NCBI GenBank assembly: GCA_032860995.1
Contig: JAODIG010000001.1
Span: forward strand, 3,639,829-3,703,828
From: Chroococcopsis gigantea SAG 12.99
GTDB lineage: Bacteria; Cyanobacteriota; Cyanobacteriia; Cyanobacteriales; Microcystaceae
Length of the DNA: 64,000 bases
Direction: 5' to 3'
Shown: positions 60,924 through 64,000 of the stretch, in pieces
Layout of the letters: every line of letters starts with the position of its first letter
How positions within the stretch are numbered: the stretch's first letter is position 1
The notes under the pieces: generated by a model
The model's database searches: none
The model's input: only the letters and a program-made list of their open reading frames with translations
What the model was told of the DNA's origin: nothing
Program-made: the position numbers and the translations under genes

Positions 60924-62134
60924 AAATTTTAATGATCTCTGCTATCTTTCCCTACCCTCCCACCAGAGGGGGTACTCAGGTAAGAACTTTCAATCTACTT
61001 CAATATTTAAATCTCTATCACGATATTACTTTAGTAACTCTCCAAAGTGATGATATAACTCCGTCGGAAATAGAAACACTCAACTCATGGGTCAAACAGT
61101 TAATCATATTTCCTCGTCCCCGAGGACGACGAGCAACATTATGGGGTAAATTAATTCGATTTTTAAATTTCCTGCAAAGTGGCACGCCTCCTAATGTTAC
61201 TTCGATGTACTCCTTAGAAATGCAACAATGGTTAGATAATGCGGTTGCGGGCGGCGAGTTTTCCGTGATTACTTGCGAACATAGCGTTAATGAAATTTAT
61301 ATACGCCCCGATTGGCAGAAAAAAGTCAAAACCGTGGCTAATATTCATAGTTCTGTTTATCTTACCTGTCGCGATCAACTGCTAACTGGGATTTCGGAAA
61401 ACCCTCGGCGAGACCGAATATACGCCCCTTTTCTTAAAAACTACGAACGGCTATCGAGTCAAAAATTCACTACCTTGGTGGTGACAACACCGGAAGATAA
61501 AAAAAGCATAGAAGATTTAACATCTCACCGGGAAATTTCCGTGGTACCTAATGGAGTGAACTTGAGTCTTTTTCCTTACCGTGACGAGGATTCAGGTGGT
61601 CATCATCTTATCCTCACCGGAGGTATGGATTATAGCGTTAATATTGATTCCGCTTGCTTTTTCGTCCTAGAAATATTTCCCATGCTCCAGCAGAAATATG
61701 CCGATGTCACCCTCACTATTGTAGGTTCTAACCCGGCTGCCCCGGTTTTAGCATTGGCTCATTATCCAGGCGTTACCGTGACTGGAAGAGTGCCATCGAT
61801 GATAGAGTATCTACATCGAGCCAGTGTTTGTATTGTGCCTATGCGTTCAGGTTTCGGGATTAAAAATAAAACTCTCGAAGCGATGGCTGCGGGTGTACCG
61901 GTAGTGGGTAGCGATCGAGGTTTGGAGGGTTTAACGGTGGACGGTCTTGATGTGCCTTTATCGGCTTTGCGCGCTAATAAAGTTGACGAGTATGTAGCCG
62001 CTATCTCTCGCTTATTTGAAGACTCTAATTTAAGAATAGCCATCGCCCGTAATGCCCGCGATTTAATTGAAAATAATTACACTTGGCCCATAGCGGGGGC
62101 ACAATACGAGAAGGTGTTGACCGGTACTATATGA
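60920..62134 (+). CDS. Glycosyltransferase family 4 (GT-B)
   Basis: The start was trimmed to MKILMISAIFPYPPTRGG (ATGA overlap with the upstream stop). It has the C-terminal EX7E-type region GFGIKNKTLEAMAAGVPVV. Confidence 0.8.
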   Translation: MKILMISAIFPYPPTRGGTQVRTFNLLQYLNLYHDITLVTLQSDDITPSEIETLNSWVKQLIIFPRPRGRRATLWGKLIRFLNFLQSGTPPNVTSMYSLEMQQWLDNAVAGGEFSVITCEHSVNEIYIRPDWQKKVKTVANIHSSVYLTCRDQLLTGISENPRRDRIYAPFLKNYERLSSQKFTTLVVTTPEDKKSIEDLTSHREISVVPNGVNLSLFPYRDEDSGGHHLILTGGMDYSVNIDSACFFVLEIFPMLQQKYADVTLTIVGSNPAAPVLALAHYPGVTVTGRVPSMIEYLHRASVCIVPMRSGFGIKNKTLEAMAAGVPVVGSDRGLEGLTVDGLDVPLSALRANKVDEYVAAISRLFEDSNLRIAIARNARDLIENNYTWPIAGAQYEKVLTGTI

Positions 62135-63096
62135 ATACTTTAGAACTATCGATCGTGGTTCCCATATACAACGAGGAAGAAAACCTCGATTATTTATTCC
62201 AGCGACTATTTAAAGTTCTCGACAACCTCCATACTACCTACGAAATTATCTGTATTAATGATGGTAGTAAAGATAAAAGCTTAGATTTTTTAATTCAATA
62301 TAGTAAAGATTATCCCGTTATTAAAGTTATCAATCTATCTCGTAACTTCGGTAAAGATATTGCTTTAAGCGCTGGTATAGATTTAGCCAACGGTAACGCT
62401 GTAATTCCCATCGATGCCGATTTACAAGACCCGCCCGAATTAATAGGCGAAATGGTGGATTTATGGAAACAGGGTTATGACGTGGTTTATGCTTCTCGAC
62501 GGATAAGACAGGGGGAAACCTGGTTCAAAAAATTTACCGCCGAGGGTTTTTATAAAGTGATCAATGGACTGAGTAAAATATCCATACCTCATAACACGGG
62601 AGATTTCCGATTGATCGATCGCTGCGTGGTAGAAGCGATAAAAAGAATGCCCGAAAAGCAAAGATTCATGAAAGGCCTATTCGCTTGGGTAGGCTTCAAG
62701 CAAACCGCTATTTACTTCGACAGGGAACCCCGTTATCAGGGTCAAACTAAATGGAATTATTGGAAACTTTGGAACTTTGCTCTAGATGGGATTACCTCTT
62801 TTAGCTTTTTGCCTCTAAAGATTTGGGGTTACGTGGGATTAATAATCTCCTGTTTATCTCTTATTTACGCCCTCTATTTAGTAATTCGTACTTTAATTTT
62901 CGGGATTGATGTACCTGGCTACGCTTCTTTAATGGTGGCGATTTTATTTTTAGGCGGTATTCAATTATTAACTTTGGGAATTATCGGAGAATATCTAGGT
63001 AGAGTTTACGAAGAAGTCAAAGATAGACCTTTATATTTGGTGAGAGACCTATACGGCTTTGATAAATCCGGGACAGGATATAATCAAGAAAAATAA
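62131..63096 (+). CDS. Polyprenyl-phosphate glycosyltransferase (GtrB/ArnC/DPM1-like GT2 with two C-terminal TM helices)
   Basis: The start was trimmed to MNTLELSIVVPIYNEEEN (ATGA overlap). Motifs seen are INDGSKD, IDADLQDPPE and GDFRLIDR, plus two C-terminal TM helices. Confidence 0.8.
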   Translation: MNTLELSIVVPIYNEEENLDYLFQRLFKVLDNLHTTYEIICINDGSKDKSLDFLIQYSKDYPVIKVINLSRNFGKDIALSAGIDLANGNAVIPIDADLQDPPELIGEMVDLWKQGYDVVYASRRIRQGETWFKKFTAEGFYKVINGLSKISIPHNTGDFRLIDRCVVEAIKRMPEKQRFMKGLFAWVGFKQTAIYFDREPRYQGQTKWNYWKLWNFALDGITSFSFLPLKIWGYVGLIISCLSLIYALYLVIRTLIFGIDVPGYASLMVAILFLGGIQLLTLGIIGEYLGRVYEEVKDRPLYLVRDLYGFDKSGTGYNQEK

Positions 63097-63108
63097 GTAA
63101 ACTTAACT

Positions 63109-63675
63109 ATGACTCATCCTCAATTCAAGCAATTTTTCGATCACTGTATCGGTCAATGGATTACCGAGCGCACTTATCATTATCTCACTCATCAAGATGT
63201 AGAACGTTCCCGCACCGAGTTTTTCATCAATCCCCTGACTCCCGAAATCAAAACTAAAGTATTTAATGATAACGAATATCCCCTAGTCCCAGACTTAGAT
63301 CCTATCCCCGGATTTAATTTAGGTTTTTATACCATTTCTGATAAAGGAGAAGAAGTCAGTCAGAATTTGAATCTTCTCTTCGTGGTCAATGGAGAAACTC
63401 AGGATTATTTAGAAGGGGATTACCTGCGCGATAAATCTTACAGCGAAGGTAAACCGATTATTTCTCATTTCCGTTTCGACTTGGCTAAGAATGAGTTATT
63501 AATGACCACTAAATATACAAAAGTTATCTCGGTAGACTCCATAAGAATGATCAATCCCAGTTTGAGAATTCGCAATATTGTTAACTATCAACGCCCTGAG
63601 GAGGGAGAAGCTTTAACCGTGGTTAATTTAGTCGGGTTTGGAGTAGAGGAGAAGGTAGTGGTAGTTAGTGGTTAG
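63109..63675 (+). CDS. CpcS/CpeS-family phycobiliprotein lyase-like protein
   Basis: The N-terminal F..C.GQW.TERTYH.L and the C-terminal NPSLRIRN resemble conserved S-type lyase motifs (G.W.S.RT.HHL; SPNLRLRTS). Confidence 0.55.
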   Translation: MTHPQFKQFFDHCIGQWITERTYHYLTHQDVERSRTEFFINPLTPEIKTKVFNDNEYPLVPDLDPIPGFNLGFYTISDKGEEVSQNLNLLFVVNGETQDYLEGDYLRDKSYSEGKPIISHFRFDLAKNELLMTTKYTKVISVDSIRMINPSLRIRNIVNYQRPEEGEALTVVNLVGFGVEEKVVVVSG

Positions 63676-64000
63676 CCCCTTCTGGCTTCTGTCTCCTGTC
63701 CCGTGACGGATTTTTCGAGGAATTTTTTCTACCTTTAAGAAATCTTCTCAGAGATTCCATATAGAGATAGAAAACGGGGGTGAGATACAGTGTGAGAAAT
63801 TGAGAGAATAATAAACCTCCCACTACCGCTAAACCGAGGGGGCGACGCGCTTCCGCACCCGCACCGATACCTAGGGCGATAGGTAAAGTACCCATCAAAG
63901 CAGCCATAGTGGTCATCATAATGGGGCGGAATCGCACCAAACACGCTTCGTAAATAGCCTTTACAGGAGGTTTTCCCTCTCGAACTTTTTCTATGGCGAA
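63665..64000 (-). CDS. RND (AcrB/HAE1-type) efflux transporter, C-terminal fragment; the gene continues beyond the window
   Basis: The last TM helices and tail read [45 protein letters not shown]. The stop is TAA at 63665-63667. The ORF is open to the window edge. Confidence 0.8.
   Translation of the reverse strand, partial: FAIEKVREGKPPVKAIYEACLVRFRPIMMTTMAALMGTLPIALGIGAGAEARRPLGLAVVGGLLFSQFLTLYLTPVFYLYMESLRRFLKGRKNSSKNPSRDRRQKPEGANH

Noticed and set aside
63665-63675. An 11-nt convergent overlap between the 3' ends of the CpcS-like gene and the RND transporter gene.
   Set aside because: Short convergent stop-region overlaps are common in compact genomes. There is no evidence of a functional antisense relationship.
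1-64000. A search for mobile elements, prophage genes, toxin-antitoxin pairs, restriction-modification or other defence systems.
   Set aside because: No transposase, integrase, recombinase, terminal inverted repeats, phage structural genes, nuclease-helicase defence genes or small adjacent TA-like ORF pairs were recognisable. DUF29 (51766..52233) is solitary and has no partner gene.

Overview
This is a cyanobacterial chromosomal window. The evidence is many HIP1 GCGATCGC palindromes, an Hlip gene, NDH-1 CO2-uptake genes, a CpcS-type lyase and a roughly 40-45% GC content judged by eye. I can support about 60 protein genes and one tRNA-Ala(GGC). I see no rRNA, CRISPR array, transposase/IS, prophage or recognisable defence genes. 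Housekeeping genes include thrC, cobA/hemD, ruvB, hisF, recF, sppA, comEC, prlC and a ribD-type reductase. The inducible CO2-uptake operon is ccmR-ndhF3-ndhD3-chpY. There are two sensor kinases and a REC-GGDEF-EAL protein. A cell-surface glycan cluster (gmd, GT2, GT4, GT-C) spans 56.2-63.1 kb. The ORF track allows non-ATG starts and takes the longest ORF, so I re-trimmed several starts. I also added a 56-aa Hlip gene that the track misses. The best candidates for something undescribed are: (1) a tightly packed four-gene envelope operon (10714-15469, minus strand) encoding a membrane-anchored PstS-like binding domain fused to three DUF4912-like repeats, a conserved lipoprotein with a paralogue at 1166-1672, and two unrecognisable proteins; (2) an RsbW-like kinase overlapping a STAS-phosphoglycosyltransferase fusion (1673-3095); (3) a ThrC-family enzyme followed by a GG-terminated MoaD/ThiS-like carrier (4088-5692); (4) an orphan 194-aa gene behind an AT-rich spacer with 11-bp tandem repeats (8862-9652). 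All functional calls come from motif recognition by eye. No database search was run.
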